Source: an uncultured Robiginitalea sp.
GTDB lineage: Bacteria > Bacteroidota > Bacteroidia > Flavobacteriales > Flavobacteriaceae
Reading direction: 5' to 3'
Assembly (NCBI GenBank): GCA_964461555.1
Contig: CAYWZF010000005.1
Coordinates: 930-64,929, forward strand
Length of the DNA: 64,000 nt
Numbering within the stretch: position 1 is the first letter of the stretch; every line of letters begins with the position of its first letter. Position numbers and translations under genes: made by a program. Below, in pieces: positions 11,038 through 20,726 of the stretch. The notes beneath the pieces are model-generated. The model was not told the origin of the DNA and did no database searches. It saw only the letters and a program-made list of their open reading frames with translations.

Positions 11038-11124
11038 GGGATAAAATCCCGCACTCCCACGTTTTCGCAATGCCCCGGCACCAGAAAGTTTTTAACCAAA
11101 AAAAACCTTTATGAACAGTTTGGC

Positions 11125-11132
11125 TACCTTTG
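11125..11132 (+). promoter_or_regulatory. Bacteroidota -7 promoter element (TACCTTTG)
   Basis: Exact TAnnTTTG 4 nt before ATG 11137. Confidence 0.55.
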
Positions 11133-11136
11133 TTTT

Positions 11137-11958
11137 ATGCGCGTATGGCCCGCACTTTTCGCCTTCTACATTCAGGCGAGCTTCCACGTTTCCCTCTCGC
11201 TGATCTCCCTGCTGGTTTTCACCTGGCAACTGTTTGGGATTCCGATCGCACCCGCCTATTGCGGGGCCCTGTTTTTCGGGAGCGTGGCCGGGTACAATGC
11301 CATCAAGCACGGGGCCGAACCGTGGAAGCACCGCAAAAGCCGGGGAAGCGCAAACCGGGCCATTTTCAGGGTGAGCCTGGGCAGTGCCCTGCTGGCCCTG
11401 GCCCTGCTGATGCGGCTCGACCTGCGCACCTGGTTGCTGCTTGGCCTTTCTTGCCTGATCGCAGCCCTGTACGCCCTTCCCGTCTTGCCCGGCTTTCGCA
11501 ACCTGCGCAGTTTCGGGCTGCTCAAGATCGGCCTGGTGGCCCTGGTCTGGACCCTGGTCAGCCTGTGGATCCCGCTTTGGGGGAAGGGCGTTTTCACGGA
11601 GCGTGACCTGCTGGTGGAAGGGTTTCAGCGGCTGCTCTGGGTAAGCCTGCTCATGCTGCCCTTTGAGGTGCGCGACATGCACCTCGACCCGCCTGCCCTG
11701 CGCACCCTGCCCAGGCGGCTGGGCCTGGGCCAAACCCGCCTGCTGGGCTGGGCCGGAGCGGCGCTCTTTGCGGCAACCACCCTGTTGAAAGCCAACCCGG
11801 CCGGGGGGGAACTCCTTATCAAAGGGGCGGCCGCCCTGCTCACGGGCCTTGGGATCCAATTCTGCCGCGAAGGGCAGTCGCCCTACTACGCCTCGTTCTG
11901 GGTCGAGGCGATCCCCCTGGCGGTGGTGGCGCTCTATGCGGCCTGGGGGTGGGTTTAA
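11137..11958 (+). CDS. Polytopic membrane protein, UbiA prenyltransferase-like
   Basis: About 8 hydrophobic segments; PFEVRDMHLD..LRTLP resembles the second UbiA Asp motif; start moved to ATG 11137. Confidence 0.6.
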   Translation: MRVWPALFAFYIQASFHVSLSLISLLVFTWQLFGIPIAPAYCGALFFGSVAGYNAIKHGAEPWKHRKSRGSANRAIFRVSLGSALLALALLMRLDLRTWLLLGLSCLIAALYALPVLPGFRNLRSFGLLKIGLVALVWTLVSLWIPLWGKGVFTERDLLVEGFQRLLWVSLLMLPFEVRDMHLDPPALRTLPRRLGLGQTRLLGWAGAALFAATTLLKANPAGGELLIKGAAALLTGLGIQFCREGQSPYYASFWVEAIPLAVVALYAAWGWV

Positions 11959-12188
11959 GGGGTCTGGGTGTCTTGCAGGCGGCGTTTCAGCGCTTCCTTT
12001 TCGGGTTCTGAAAGTCGTTGGAGGGCTGCCCGGTTGCACAGGTCTGTCAGCTTCCGGTTTTTGTGCGAAAAATGGGCGCAGCTCCTGCAAAAAAGCAGGT
12101 GCAGCCAAAGCTGGAAACGCTCGCGGGTACTGGCTTCCCGGTACTGGCTTTTGGTGCAGATGGTCGTGGCCTGCTCACATGAGATCAT
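11955..12188 (-). CDS. Small zinc-binding (ZAS/zf-HC2) anti-sigma factor
   Basis: N-terminal Cys plus HLLFCRSC (HxxxCxxC); directly downstream of an ECF sigma. Confidence 0.75.
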   Translation of the reverse strand: MISCEQATTICTKSQYREASTRERFQLWLHLLFCRSCAHFSHKNRKLTDLCNRAALQRLSEPEKEALKRRLQDTQTP

Positions 12189-12194
12189 GGCGCT

Positions 12195-12752
12195 TCAATT
12201 AAACCAAACCTGGTTGAGGCATTCCATCAGGGCAGTTCGGGCCCGGTGGATCATTACCCACAGATTGGACGAGTTAATGCCCAGTTCCTTACACACGTCT
12301 TCGGTTTCCATGCCCTGTATCGTTTTCAGGGTGAAGACGCGGGCCTGGCGCTCGGGCAGGGTCGACAGGCATCGCTGGATGGCCAGGCCCAGCTCCTCAT
12401 TTTCGAGGGCGTCGTTCTCAAGGGTGCTGTCGGGGTCGGCGGCCATCCTTTCAAGCCATTCCCCCTCCTGCTCGGAGTTTGGCGGAAAGCCCATGCGTAC
12501 CTCGGCCTTCCCTTTGCGCGAATTGGCCCTGCGGTACTGGTCGATCACCTTCCGCTTCAGAATGGCGACCAGCCAGGTCCGCTCGGCCGCGTTCCCTTTG
12601 AAATGCGGGGCAGACTGCAGCCCGGCGATAAAGGTTTCCTGCACCAGGTCTTTGGCCAGCTCGGCGTCGCTCACGCGGGCCAGGGCGTAGTTGTAGAGGT
12701 AGTCGGCATAGCGGTCTACCCAGTGCTCCGGTTCAAGGGTGTTTGTGTTCAT
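12195..12752 (-). CDS. ECF RNA polymerase sigma-70 factor
   Basis: AKDLVQETF, TWLVAILKRKVID (region 2); LPERQARVF..HRAR (region 4). Confidence 0.92.
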   Translation of the reverse strand: MNTNTLEPEHWVDRYADYLYNYALARVSDAELAKDLVQETFIAGLQSAPHFKGNAAERTWLVAILKRKVIDQYRRANSRKGKAEVRMGFPPNSEQEGEWLERMAADPDSTLENDALENEELGLAIQRCLSTLPERQARVFTLKTIQGMETEDVCKELGINSSNLWVMIHRARTALMECLNQVWFN

Positions 12753-12822
12753 CGGCCTGAATCCGGCCTAAATGTAACGGAATTTTGCAGATTATTGATA
12801 TCTTTAGAGACACTTCCGAACC

Positions 12823-13185
12823 ATGAAAAGATACCTGATAGCACTGATTTCAGCCTTGTTGCTGATGGCCTGCGGCAAGGCCCAGGACATGCCCATTACC
12901 GATCTGCCTGAAGATGCCCTGAAAGAGGGGGCTATGCTGGTCGATGTGCGAACCCCGGAAGAATTCGGGGACGGACACCTCGAAGGGGCCCTCAACATCG
13001 ACTGGTATGAACCCGATTTCGCCTCCCGGTGGGAAGGGGTTGACAAAAACAAGACTATTTACGTATACTGCAAGGTGGGCGGGCGCAGTGCCCAGGCGGC
13101 CCAATTGCTCGATTCCCTTGGCTTCAGGCATGTAGTAAACCTTACTGGCGGGTACGACGCCTACCTTGCCGCCCAAAAGCAATAA
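12823..13185 (+). CDS. Rhodanese-domain lipoprotein
   Basis: Lipobox LMAC; DVRTPEEF..GHLEGA, active loop YCKVGGRS, NLTGGY. Confidence 0.88.
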   Translation: MKRYLIALISALLLMACGKAQDMPITDLPEDALKEGAMLVDVRTPEEFGDGHLEGALNIDWYEPDFASRWEGVDKNKTIYVYCKVGGRSAQAAQLLDSLGFRHVVNLTGGYDAYLAAQKQ

Positions 13186-13189
13186 ACCC

Positions 13190-15220
13190 CTACTGCGTGG
13201 CCTCCAGCAGGCCTGCCCGCTTCAGCAGGGCGTCGATCTCCGGCTTGCGGCCCCGGAAGCGCACATAAAGCTCCATGGGGTCTTCGGTGCCGCCCCGCGA
13301 GAGGATGTGCTCCCTGAAGCGATCGGCAATCTCCCGGTTGAAAATGCCGTTTTCGCGGAAGAAGGCAAAGGCGTCGGCATCGAGCACTTCGGCCCATTTA
13401 TAGCTGTAATACCCTGAAGAATACCCGCCCTGGAAGATGTGTGAGAAGGAGGTGCTCATGCAGGTTTCGGGCGTGTCGGGGAAAAGGCGGGTCGAAGCGA
13501 AAGCCTCTTTTTCATGCGCCTTTACATCGTTCACCCCCCTCGGGTCGCCCCCGTGCCAGGCCATGTCGAGCAGGCCAAAGCTCAGCTGCCGCACCGTGGC
13601 CATGCCTTCCATGAAGTTGGCGCTTTCCTTGATCCGGTCGACCAGGGCCTGCGGGATGAGCTCCCCGGTCTGGTAATGCCGGGCAAAGAGGGCCAGGGCC
13701 TCGGGCTCGTAGCACCAGTTCTCGAGGATCTGGCTGGGCAGCTCCACGAAATCCCAGTAGACCGAAGTCCCCGAAAGGCCGGGGAAGGTGGTGTCGGCCA
13801 GCATCCCGTGCAGGGCATGCCCGAATTCGTGGAACAGGGTGGTTACTTCCCCAAAGGTGAGGAGCGACGGCGCCGTCTCTGTGGGCCGCGTAAAATTGCA
13901 GACAATGGAGACGTGGGGCCGCTCGTTGCGCCCGTCTTTGCGGAACTGGGGCTTGAAGGAGGTCATCCAGGCCCCGCCCCGTTTTCCGGGCCTCGGGTGG
14001 AAATCGGCATAGAAGATGGCCTGGAGCGCACCCTGCTCGTCTACGACCCGGTAGGCCTCCACCTCTTCGTGATAGGTATCCAAGGAGGGGTCGGGCTCAA
14101 AATGCAGGCCGAACAGCCTGCCGGCGATTTCGAATACCCCGCCCAGCACTTTGCCGAGTTCAAAGTAGGGCTTGAGCAATTCGTCGTCGAGTTCAAATTT
14201 CTCCTGCTTGAGTTTTTCGGAATAGTAGGCGCTGTCCCACGATTCAAGCTGCTGCAGCCCGTTCCGCTTTTGGGCGTAGGCCAGCAGTTCGGCCAGTTCA
14301 CGCCGGGCGGCCGGCATGGCTTTTTCCAAAAGCTCTGAAAGGAATTGCTTCACGGTTTCGGGCGATTCGGCCATGCGCTCTTCCAGCACGAAATGGGCGT
14401 GGCTTTCGTACCCCAGCAACCGGGCCCTTTCGTACCGCAGCGAGGTAATGTCGAGGATGATCTGTCGGTTGTCGAGCTCATTGCCGTGAAAGCCCTTGCT
14501 GCCAAAGGCCAGGGAAAGCTCGCGCCGAAGCGGGCGGCTGTCGGCGTATTTCATAAAAGCGAGGTAGGAGGGGTACTCCAGGGTAATGACCCAGCCTTCC
14601 CTTTCTTCCGAACGCGCCCTGAGGCGGGCCGCTTCCCGGGCCGATTCGGGAAGCCCGGCCAGCTCTTCCTCACGGGTCAGGTGCATCTGGTAGGTGTTGG
14701 TTTCTTCCAGCACGTGCTCGCCAAAAGTGAGCTTGAGCTGGGAGAGGCGGGCATCGATCTCGCGCAGGCGGTTTTTGGAGGTGTCGTCGAGCAGGGCCCC
14801 GTTGCGGCGGAAATGCCTGAATTTCTTCTCGGCCAGGGTCATTTCCTCCGGGTTGAGGCCCAGCGCTTCCCGCTGGTCATAGACCTGCCGGATGCGCTCG
14901 AAAAGGGCCGCGTTCAGGGTGATGTCGTTGGCAAATTCGGCCAGCAGGGGCGAGATCTCCTGGGCCAGTCCCTGTATCTCCTTATTGGTCTCGGCAGCAT
15001 TCAGGTTAAAGAAGACGCTGCTGATCCGGTCTAGCTGATACCCTGCAAAATCGAGGGCCGCCACGGTGTTTTCAAAGGTGGCCGGGCCGGTTTGCCCCGC
15101 GATGGCCTCGATCTCGGCCCGGGCTGCCTGGAGGGCCTCCAAAAAAGCTGGCCTGAAGTGTTCGGTGCGGATTTTGGAAAAAGGGGCGAGGTCGAAAGGT
15201 TCCAGCAAAGGATTCTTCAT
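13190..15220 (-). CDS. dcp: M3 family metallopeptidase (peptidyl-dipeptidase Dcp / oligopeptidase A)
   Basis: HEFGHALH, DFVELPSQ, GKRGGAWM, GYSSGYYSYKWAEVL. Confidence 0.9.
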   Translation of the reverse strand: MKNPLLEPFDLAPFSKIRTEHFRPAFLEALQAARAEIEAIAGQTGPATFENTVAALDFAGYQLDRISSVFFNLNAAETNKEIQGLAQEISPLLAEFANDITLNAALFERIRQVYDQREALGLNPEEMTLAEKKFRHFRRNGALLDDTSKNRLREIDARLSQLKLTFGEHVLEETNTYQMHLTREEELAGLPESAREAARLRARSEEREGWVITLEYPSYLAFMKYADSRPLRRELSLAFGSKGFHGNELDNRQIILDITSLRYERARLLGYESHAHFVLEERMAESPETVKQFLSELLEKAMPAARRELAELLAYAQKRNGLQQLESWDSAYYSEKLKQEKFELDDELLKPYFELGKVLGGVFEIAGRLFGLHFEPDPSLDTYHEEVEAYRVVDEQGALQAIFYADFHPRPGKRGGAWMTSFKPQFRKDGRNERPHVSIVCNFTRPTETAPSLLTFGEVTTLFHEFGHALHGMLADTTFPGLSGTSVYWDFVELPSQILENWCYEPEALALFARHYQTGELIPQALVDRIKESANFMEGMATVRQLSFGLLDMAWHGGDPRGVNDVKAHEKEAFASTRLFPDTPETCMSTSFSHIFQGGYSSGYYSYKWAEVLDADAFAFFRENGIFNREIADRFREHILSRGGTEDPMELYVRFRGRKPEIDALLKRAGLLEATQ

Positions 15221-15254
15221 GGCATACAAGCAATTAAGACTGACTACCTGATGT

Positions 15255-15752
15255 TCAGGAACGGTACTTTTTGCGCACTTCGGCGGCGCCCTGCTCTACC
15301 TTCTCGCGAAGGCCTTCCTTGAAGAGGCGGATGCGCTCGAGCAGCTCCGCATCGGAACTGCCTAAAATCTGGGCGGCCAGGATGCCGGCATTCTTGGCCC
15401 CGTTCAGGGCTACCGTGGCCACGGGAACCCCCCCGGGCATTTGCAGGATCGACAAGACCGAGTCCCACCCGTCGATGGAGTTGCTGCTTTTGACCGGCAC
15501 CCCGATAACGGGCAGGGGCGAATAGGAGGCAACCATGCCCGGCAGGTGCGCGGCCCCCCCGGCCCCGGCTATGATGGCACCTATCCCCTCCCGGTGCGCC
15601 CTGGAGGCGAAATCGGCCATTTTTTCGGGGGTACGGTGGGCCGAAACGATATCGACCACGGTGGGCACGCCAAACGATTGCAGAATGTCTATGGCTTCCT
15701 GCATGACGGGCAGGTCGCTGGTGCTGCCCATGATGACCGCAACTTTTTTCAT
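15255..15752 (-). CDS. purE: N5-carboxyaminoimidazole ribonucleotide mutase
   Basis: MGSTSD, SAHRTP, AGAGGAAHLPGM, QMPGGVPVAT. Confidence 0.97.
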   Translation of the reverse strand: MKKVAVIMGSTSDLPVMQEAIDILQSFGVPTVVDIVSAHRTPEKMADFASRAHREGIGAIIAGAGGAAHLPGMVASYSPLPVIGVPVKSSNSIDGWDSVLSILQMPGGVPVATVALNGAKNAGILAAQILGSSDAELLERIRLFKEGLREKVEQGAAEVRKKYRS

Positions 15753-16927
15753 GATTTTTGGCTGTTAGATCTGACCTGTATGGTTTCCTTCACCCGGGCC
15801 GCAGTCTCGCGGGCCCGCTCGAGGGAGGCGTCTGCAATGGTGACGTGTCCCATTTTCCGGAACGGGCGGGTTTCACGCTTGCCATAGATATGGGGCACAA
15901 CCCCGGGGAGCTGCAAAATCTGTTCGATCCCCTCATATACCACGGGGCCGGTATATCCGGGGGCGCCAACCAGGTTGACCATTACCGTGGCCACCTTGTT
16001 GCCGGTCTGCCCCAGGGGCAGGCCCAATACCGCCCTCAGGTGCTGTTCAAACTGGTTCGTATAGCTGCCCTCGATGCTGAAGTGCCCGCTGTTGTGGGGC
16101 CTTGGGGCGATTTCATTCACCAGGATTTCGTCGTTTTTGGTCCGGAAGAGCTCCACAGCCAGCAGGCCCACATGCTGCAGGTTTTCGGAGACCTTCAGGG
16201 CAACTTCCTGCGCTTTCCGGGCCACGGCCTCCGGGATCCGGGCCGGGCACAGCACGTATTCGACCTGGTTGGCCTCGGGGTGGAACTCCATTTCCACCAC
16301 CGGGTAGGTGCGCACTTCGCCCTGGGGGTTGCGCGCCACGATCACCGCCAGTTCGTTCACGAAGGGGATCAGGGTCTCGGCAATGCACTCCACGTTGGGC
16401 AGTCCTTCCAGGTCTGCAAGGCTCCGCACGATCTTGACCCCCTGCCCGTCGTACCCGAAACGGGCGCTTTTCCAGACAAAGGGCAGGGACAGCCCGCCAT
16501 TGGAGAGGCTGTCGGCGATCTCGCTCGTATAGGCAAAGCGCGTAAAGGGGGCGGTCGGGATATTGTGGTCGGTGTAAAAGAGCTTCTGGCTGGCCTTGTT
16601 CTGGATCACCCGCAGGGCCCCGGGCTGGGGATACACGCGAACCCCGGATGCCTCGAGGTCTTCGAGGGCAGCGGCATTGACGTTTTCGATTTCGATGGTC
16701 AGCACGTCTACCCCGCGGCCGAAGGCCATCACCGTGTCGTAATCCATCAGGTCGCCCTGCACGAATTCGTTGCAGGCCAGGCGGGCGGGGGCTTCTGCCG
16801 AGGCGTCAAGCACCTTGGTGCGCACGTCCCATTTCCGGGTTTCGTACAACAGCATTTTGCCCAGTTGGCCGCCTCCGAGGATGCCCAGGGTAAAATCGGA
16901 TGAAAAGTAGTTCTCGGTGCCCGGCAT
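15749..16927 (-). CDS. purK: N5-carboxyaminoimidazole ribonucleotide synthase
   Basis: GILGGGQLGKM, GYDGQG, NEIAPRPHNSGH, RKMGH; start moved to ATG 16927. Confidence 0.95.
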   Translation of the reverse strand: MPGTENYFSSDFTLGILGGGQLGKMLLYETRKWDVRTKVLDASAEAPARLACNEFVQGDLMDYDTVMAFGRGVDVLTIEIENVNAAALEDLEASGVRVYPQPGALRVIQNKASQKLFYTDHNIPTAPFTRFAYTSEIADSLSNGGLSLPFVWKSARFGYDGQGVKIVRSLADLEGLPNVECIAETLIPFVNELAVIVARNPQGEVRTYPVVEMEFHPEANQVEYVLCPARIPEAVARKAQEVALKVSENLQHVGLLAVELFRTKNDEILVNEIAPRPHNSGHFSIEGSYTNQFEQHLRAVLGLPLGQTGNKVATVMVNLVGAPGYTGPVVYEGIEQILQLPGVVPHIYGKRETRPFRKMGHVTIADASLERARETAARVKETIQVRSNSQKS

Positions 16928-16959
16928 GGTCTGAAAGACGGGATTCGGTTTGCGTGCCA

Positions 16960-16967
16960 CAAAAATA
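16960..16967 (-). promoter_or_regulatory. -7 promoter element (TATTTTTG) for purK-purE-dcp
   Basis: TAnnTTTG match 33 nt upstream of purK; a divergent TATCTTCG at 17022-17029 precedes hpt-adk. Confidence 0.5.
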
Positions 16968-17042
16968 CGGTTAATCTCCGAAAGCGCGGAAAGGCCTGCC
17001 AAAAAGAAAAACCAAAAATAGTATCTTCGCGTCGCAATCGGT

Positions 17043-18158
17043 ATGAAAAAGTCCATTACCCTCTTTGACAAGCAATTCGAGCTGTACATCCCCGAGGAGG
17101 AAATCCTCAGGGCGGTCCGGAAAGTGGCCGATGCGGTCGCACGCGATTACAAGGACGAGGTCCCGATCTTCATCGGGGTCCTCAATGGTGCCTTCATGTT
17201 CGCGGCCGATTTCCTGAAGAGCTACCCGCACCCCTGCGAGGTGAGCTTTGTGAAGCTGAGCTCGTACCGCGGCCTCACCTCCACCGGAATCGTCGAAACC
17301 CTGCTCGACCTGCCCGACCAGGTGGCGGGGCGGCACGTGATCGTGCTCGAAGACATCGTCGATACCGGCCGCACCCTGCAGGAGCTCTACCATCTGTTGG
17401 CAGGCCGCAATGTGAAGGATTTCAAGATAGCGACCCTGTTCTACAAATCGGAGATCTACAACGGGGAATACCCCATCGATTATTTCGGCCTGGAGATCCC
17501 CGACCGGTTTATTGTGGGCTATGGGCTCGACTACCTCGAACAGGGGCGCAACCTGCGCGACATATACCAATTAAAGAAACCAGCCATGATCAATTTGGTG
17601 CTATTCGGAAAACCCGGGGCCGGCAAAGGCACCCAGGCGGCCTTCCTGAAAGATCGCTACAACCTGCTGCATATCTCTACCGGCGATGTTTTCCGCTACA
17701 ACATGAAGAACGGGACCGAGCTGGGCAAGCTGGCCCAATCGTACATCGACCGGGGCGAACTGGTGCCCGATGAGGTGACCATCAAGATGCTGCAAGACGA
17801 GGTGGCCAAACATCCCGGGGCTTCGGGCTTCATCTTTGACGGCTTTCCGCGGACCACGGCCCAGGCCGAGGCCCTCGACGCCTTTCTGGAAGGGCGCGAC
17901 ATGAAGATCGACGCCACCATTGCCCTGGAGGCCGACGACGAGATACTCGTGGCCCGCCTGCTCGATCGCGGGAAGGTCAGCGGCCGCAGCGATGACCAGG
18001 ACGAGGAAAAGATCCGCAACCGCTTTGATGAATACAACCAGAAGACCGCCCCTCTCAGGGCTTTTTATGAAGGCCAGGGGAAATTCCACAGCGTGAACGG
18101 CATCGGCGACATCCCCGAGATCACCGCCCGGCTTTCTGCCATTATCGATTCCCTCTGA
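17043..18158 (+). CDS. adk: Hypoxanthine phosphoribosyltransferase - adenylate kinase fusion protein
   Basis: aa 1-180 HPRT (GVLNGAFMF, VLEDIVDTGRT, FIVGYGLD); aa 182-371 Adk (GKPGAGKGT, STGDVFR, DGFPRT, GRSDD); no stop between them. Confidence 0.92.
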   Translation: MKKSITLFDKQFELYIPEEEILRAVRKVADAVARDYKDEVPIFIGVLNGAFMFAADFLKSYPHPCEVSFVKLSSYRGLTSTGIVETLLDLPDQVAGRHVIVLEDIVDTGRTLQELYHLLAGRNVKDFKIATLFYKSEIYNGEYPIDYFGLEIPDRFIVGYGLDYLEQGRNLRDIYQLKKPAMINLVLFGKPGAGKGTQAAFLKDRYNLLHISTGDVFRYNMKNGTELGKLAQSYIDRGELVPDEVTIKMLQDEVAKHPGASGFIFDGFPRTTAQAEALDAFLEGRDMKIDATIALEADDEILVARLLDRGKVSGRSDDQDEEKIRNRFDEYNQKTAPLRAFYEGQGKFHSVNGIGDIPEITARLSAIIDSL

Positions 18159-18199
18159 ACCCACTGGGCGCGGGTGGCCCGGTCCATTGATGCAATCTC

Positions 18200-19201
18200 A
18201 TGACGGAAGGTAATTTTGTCGACTATGTGAAGGTGCACCTCCGTTCCGGCAACGGGGGGCAGGGCTCGGCCCACCTCCGCCGCGAGAAGTTTGTGGCCAA
18301 GGGAGGCCCTGACGGGGGAGATGGCGGAAGGGGCGGCCACGTGATCGTGCGGGGGAACAAAAACCTCTGGACGCTGCTGGGGTTCAAATTCAAGCGCCAT
18401 TTCCAGGCCGGGCACGGGGAGCATGGCGGCCGACAGCGCAGCACGGGGGCCGACGGGGAAGACGCGGTGATGGAGGTGCCGTTGGGCACCGTGGTCAAAG
18501 ACTCCGATTCGGGCCAGACCCTCTTTGAGATCACCGAAGACGGGCAGGAAGAAATCGCCGCCCGGGGCGGGATGGGAGGCCTGGGCAACTGGCACTTCCG
18601 ATCGGCCACGAACCAGACCCCCCGCTATGCCCAGCCGGGTACCCCAGGGGAAGAGCGCAATGTGACCCTCGAACTCAAGGTGCTGGCAGATGTGGGCCTG
18701 GTCGGGTTTCCGAATGCGGGCAAATCGACCCTGCTATCGGTGCTTACCTCGGCCAAACCCAAGATCGCCGACTACGAATTTACCACCCTGAAACCCAACC
18801 TGGGCATCGTGCAGGGCCGCGACTTCCAGAGCTTCGTGATTGCCGATATCCCCGGCATCATTGAAGGGGCTTCGGAAGGGAAGGGCCTCGGGCACTATTT
18901 CCTCAGGCACATCGAGCGCAACGCGACCCTGCTCTTCCTGGTCGCGGCCGACTGCCCCGACATTTCAAGGGAATACGAAATATTGCTTTCCGAGCTGCGC
19001 AAGTACAACCCCGAACTGCTCGACAAGCGCCGGCTCCTCGCCATTTCAAAGGCCGACCTGCTCGATGGCGAACTCATGGCCGAGATGGAAAAGGGCCTGC
19101 GCGAAGAACTGCCGGGCGTTCCGTTCACCTTCATCTCTTCAGTATCGGGCTACGGCATTGCCGCCCTGAAAGATCAGCTCTGGAAGCTGTTGAACGAATA
19201 A
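18200..19201 (+). CDS. obgE: GTPase ObgE/CgtA
   Basis: Gly-rich Obg fold [31 protein letters not shown]. Confidence 0.97.
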   Translation: MTEGNFVDYVKVHLRSGNGGQGSAHLRREKFVAKGGPDGGDGGRGGHVIVRGNKNLWTLLGFKFKRHFQAGHGEHGGRQRSTGADGEDAVMEVPLGTVVKDSDSGQTLFEITEDGQEEIAARGGMGGLGNWHFRSATNQTPRYAQPGTPGEERNVTLELKVLADVGLVGFPNAGKSTLLSVLTSAKPKIADYEFTTLKPNLGIVQGRDFQSFVIADIPGIIEGASEGKGLGHYFLRHIERNATLLFLVAADCPDISREYEILLSELRKYNPELLDKRRLLAISKADLLDGELMAEMEKGLREELPGVPFTFISSVSGYGIAALKDQLWKLLNE

Positions 19202-19259
19202 ATCCTCCTTCCTTGCCGGGGGCGGCCCGAATTCCGTATTTTTAAGATAAACCGAGGCG

Positions 19260-19781
19260 ATGAAAAAGATCCTGTTCCTCCTTTGCGCCCTGATGGGCCT
19301 GGGCTGCAGTTCCATTCAGGTGCACCACGACTATGAACGGGGGGTAGACTGGTCTGCCTACCGGACCTATAATTTCTTCCCGGACCTCCAGACAGGCCTC
19401 AGCGAGCTCGATGCGCGCCGCCTCACCGATGCGCTTGATGAGGTGCTGCGCGAAAAGGGATACCAGCAAGCCGAAGAAGCCGACCTTTTGCTGAATATTT
19501 ACAGTGAGGTGTACGAAGACGGCCCACCCAGTACGGTGGGTATCGGCATGGGTGGCGGCGGTGGAAATGTAGGCGGGGGCGTTTCGGTGGGCATCCCCGT
19601 CTCGGGGAGCAACCTGGCCCGTGCCATTACTTTCGACCTGATTGACACGGCCAGCAAAAGCCTGCTCTGGCAAGCCGTGAGCACCGACCGCTTCCACGAA
19701 GGGGCCAGCCCAGAGCAGCGCGAAGAACGCTTCCGGCAGATCGCCCGGCGCGCCTTTGCGAAATTCCCGCCCGGGCGTTGA
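19260..19781 (+). CDS. DUF4136 family lipoprotein
   Basis: Lipobox LGC, DYERGVDWSAYRTY, Gly-rich loop, LIDTASKSLLWQA, FAKFPP end. Confidence 0.78.
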   Translation: MKKILFLLCALMGLGCSSIQVHHDYERGVDWSAYRTYNFFPDLQTGLSELDARRLTDALDEVLREKGYQQAEEADLLLNIYSEVYEDGPPSTVGIGMGGGGGNVGGGVSVGIPVSGSNLARAITFDLIDTASKSLLWQAVSTDRFHEGASPEQREERFRQIARRAFAKFPPGR

Positions 19782-19802
19782 ACAGGCGGCAGACCCCCTT
19801 TC

Positions 19803-20588
19803 CTAAAATGATTTCAGCAAGCCCCCGTCGAGCGGTATGGCCGCCCCGGTGAGATAGGCCGCCTGGTCCGAGGCCAGAAAGGCCGCCAGGTAGCCGTATT
19901 CCCCGGGCCGCCCAAGGCGGCGCAGGGGCACCTGGGCCTTCAGCCGGTCGGTTACTTCCGAGGGGGGCACCCCCATTTGTTCGGCTTTTTTGGCATTCAG
20001 GCCGGCCAGGCGCTCGGTTTCGAAATAGCCGGTAAGCACCGAATTCACCGTGATGCCGAAGGGCCCCACGTCGCCTGCCAGGGTCTTGGCCCAGCTGACC
20101 AGGGCCGAGCGCATGCTGTTCGAAAGAGCAAGGTAGCCCAGGGGCTCCCGCACCGAGACCGAAGCCACGTTTATGATGCGCCCCCATCCCTGCCCCTGCA
20201 TGTGCGGGAGGGCTGTGAGGGTGGTGTGCACCACGGTCTGGAAAAGCAGGTCGAAGGCCTTCTGGTAATCGTCAAGGCCCATTTCGAGGCTGGTGCCGGC
20301 CGGGGGCCCCTGGGTATTGTTGACCAGGATGTCTACAGGGTTTTCCTTCAGAAATGCTTCTATCCGGGGCAAATACGATTCCAGGTTGTTGTAGTCTGCC
20401 GCCAGGTAGCCATGCGCCTCCCCGGTTTCCCGGCGAAGCTCTTCAGCGAGGCTGGCCAGGCGCCCTTCCGAACGGGCGACCAGGGTTACCCGGGCGCCGC
20501 TCCGGGCCAGCTGGCGGGCAATCGCCTCGCCAATGCCCCGGCTGCTGCCGCCCACCAGGGCGTGTTTTCCTTTCAGGGATATTTGCAT
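19803..20588 (-). CDS. Short-chain dehydrogenase/reductase
   Basis: GGSSRGIG, ILVNN, PLRRLGRP, YLTGAAIPLDGG; SNSMR in place of YxxxK. Confidence 0.88.
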   Translation of the reverse strand: MQISLKGKHALVGGSSRGIGEAIARQLARSGARVTLVARSEGRLASLAEELRRETGEAHGYLAADYNNLESYLPRIEAFLKENPVDILVNNTQGPPAGTSLEMGLDDYQKAFDLLFQTVVHTTLTALPHMQGQGWGRIINVASVSVREPLGYLALSNSMRSALVSWAKTLAGDVGPFGITVNSVLTGYFETERLAGLNAKKAEQMGVPPSEVTDRLKAQVPLRRLGRPGEYGYLAAFLASDQAAYLTGAAIPLDGGLLKSF

Positions 20589-20698
20589 CGATTTCGGTTA
20601 TGGGTCGGGCCAGGCCGGGGTTCCGGGATTAAAAGTACGGGTTTCCCCCCAAATGCGCCAGCCCCCGAAGGCCTGCTGGGTGAACCCGTTGCAATATG

Positions 20699-20706
20699 TA
20701 TCTTTG
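20699..20706 (+). promoter_or_regulatory. -7 promoter element (TATCTTTG) for the Mur ligase gene
   Basis: TAnnTTTG match 20 nt before ATG 20727. Confidence 0.5.
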
Positions 20707-20726
20707 GGCCAGTTGATGCGACCACC

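Noticed and set aside
11001..11136. Possible glycine riboswitch upstream of gcvP
   Set aside because: The spacer is 136 bp, holds two divergent -7 boxes and shows no aptamer-like stems
19977..20726. Apparent 250-aa N-terminal extension of the Mur ligase
   Set aside because: It is the antisense of the SDR gene; the family N-terminus and a -7 box point to ATG 20727
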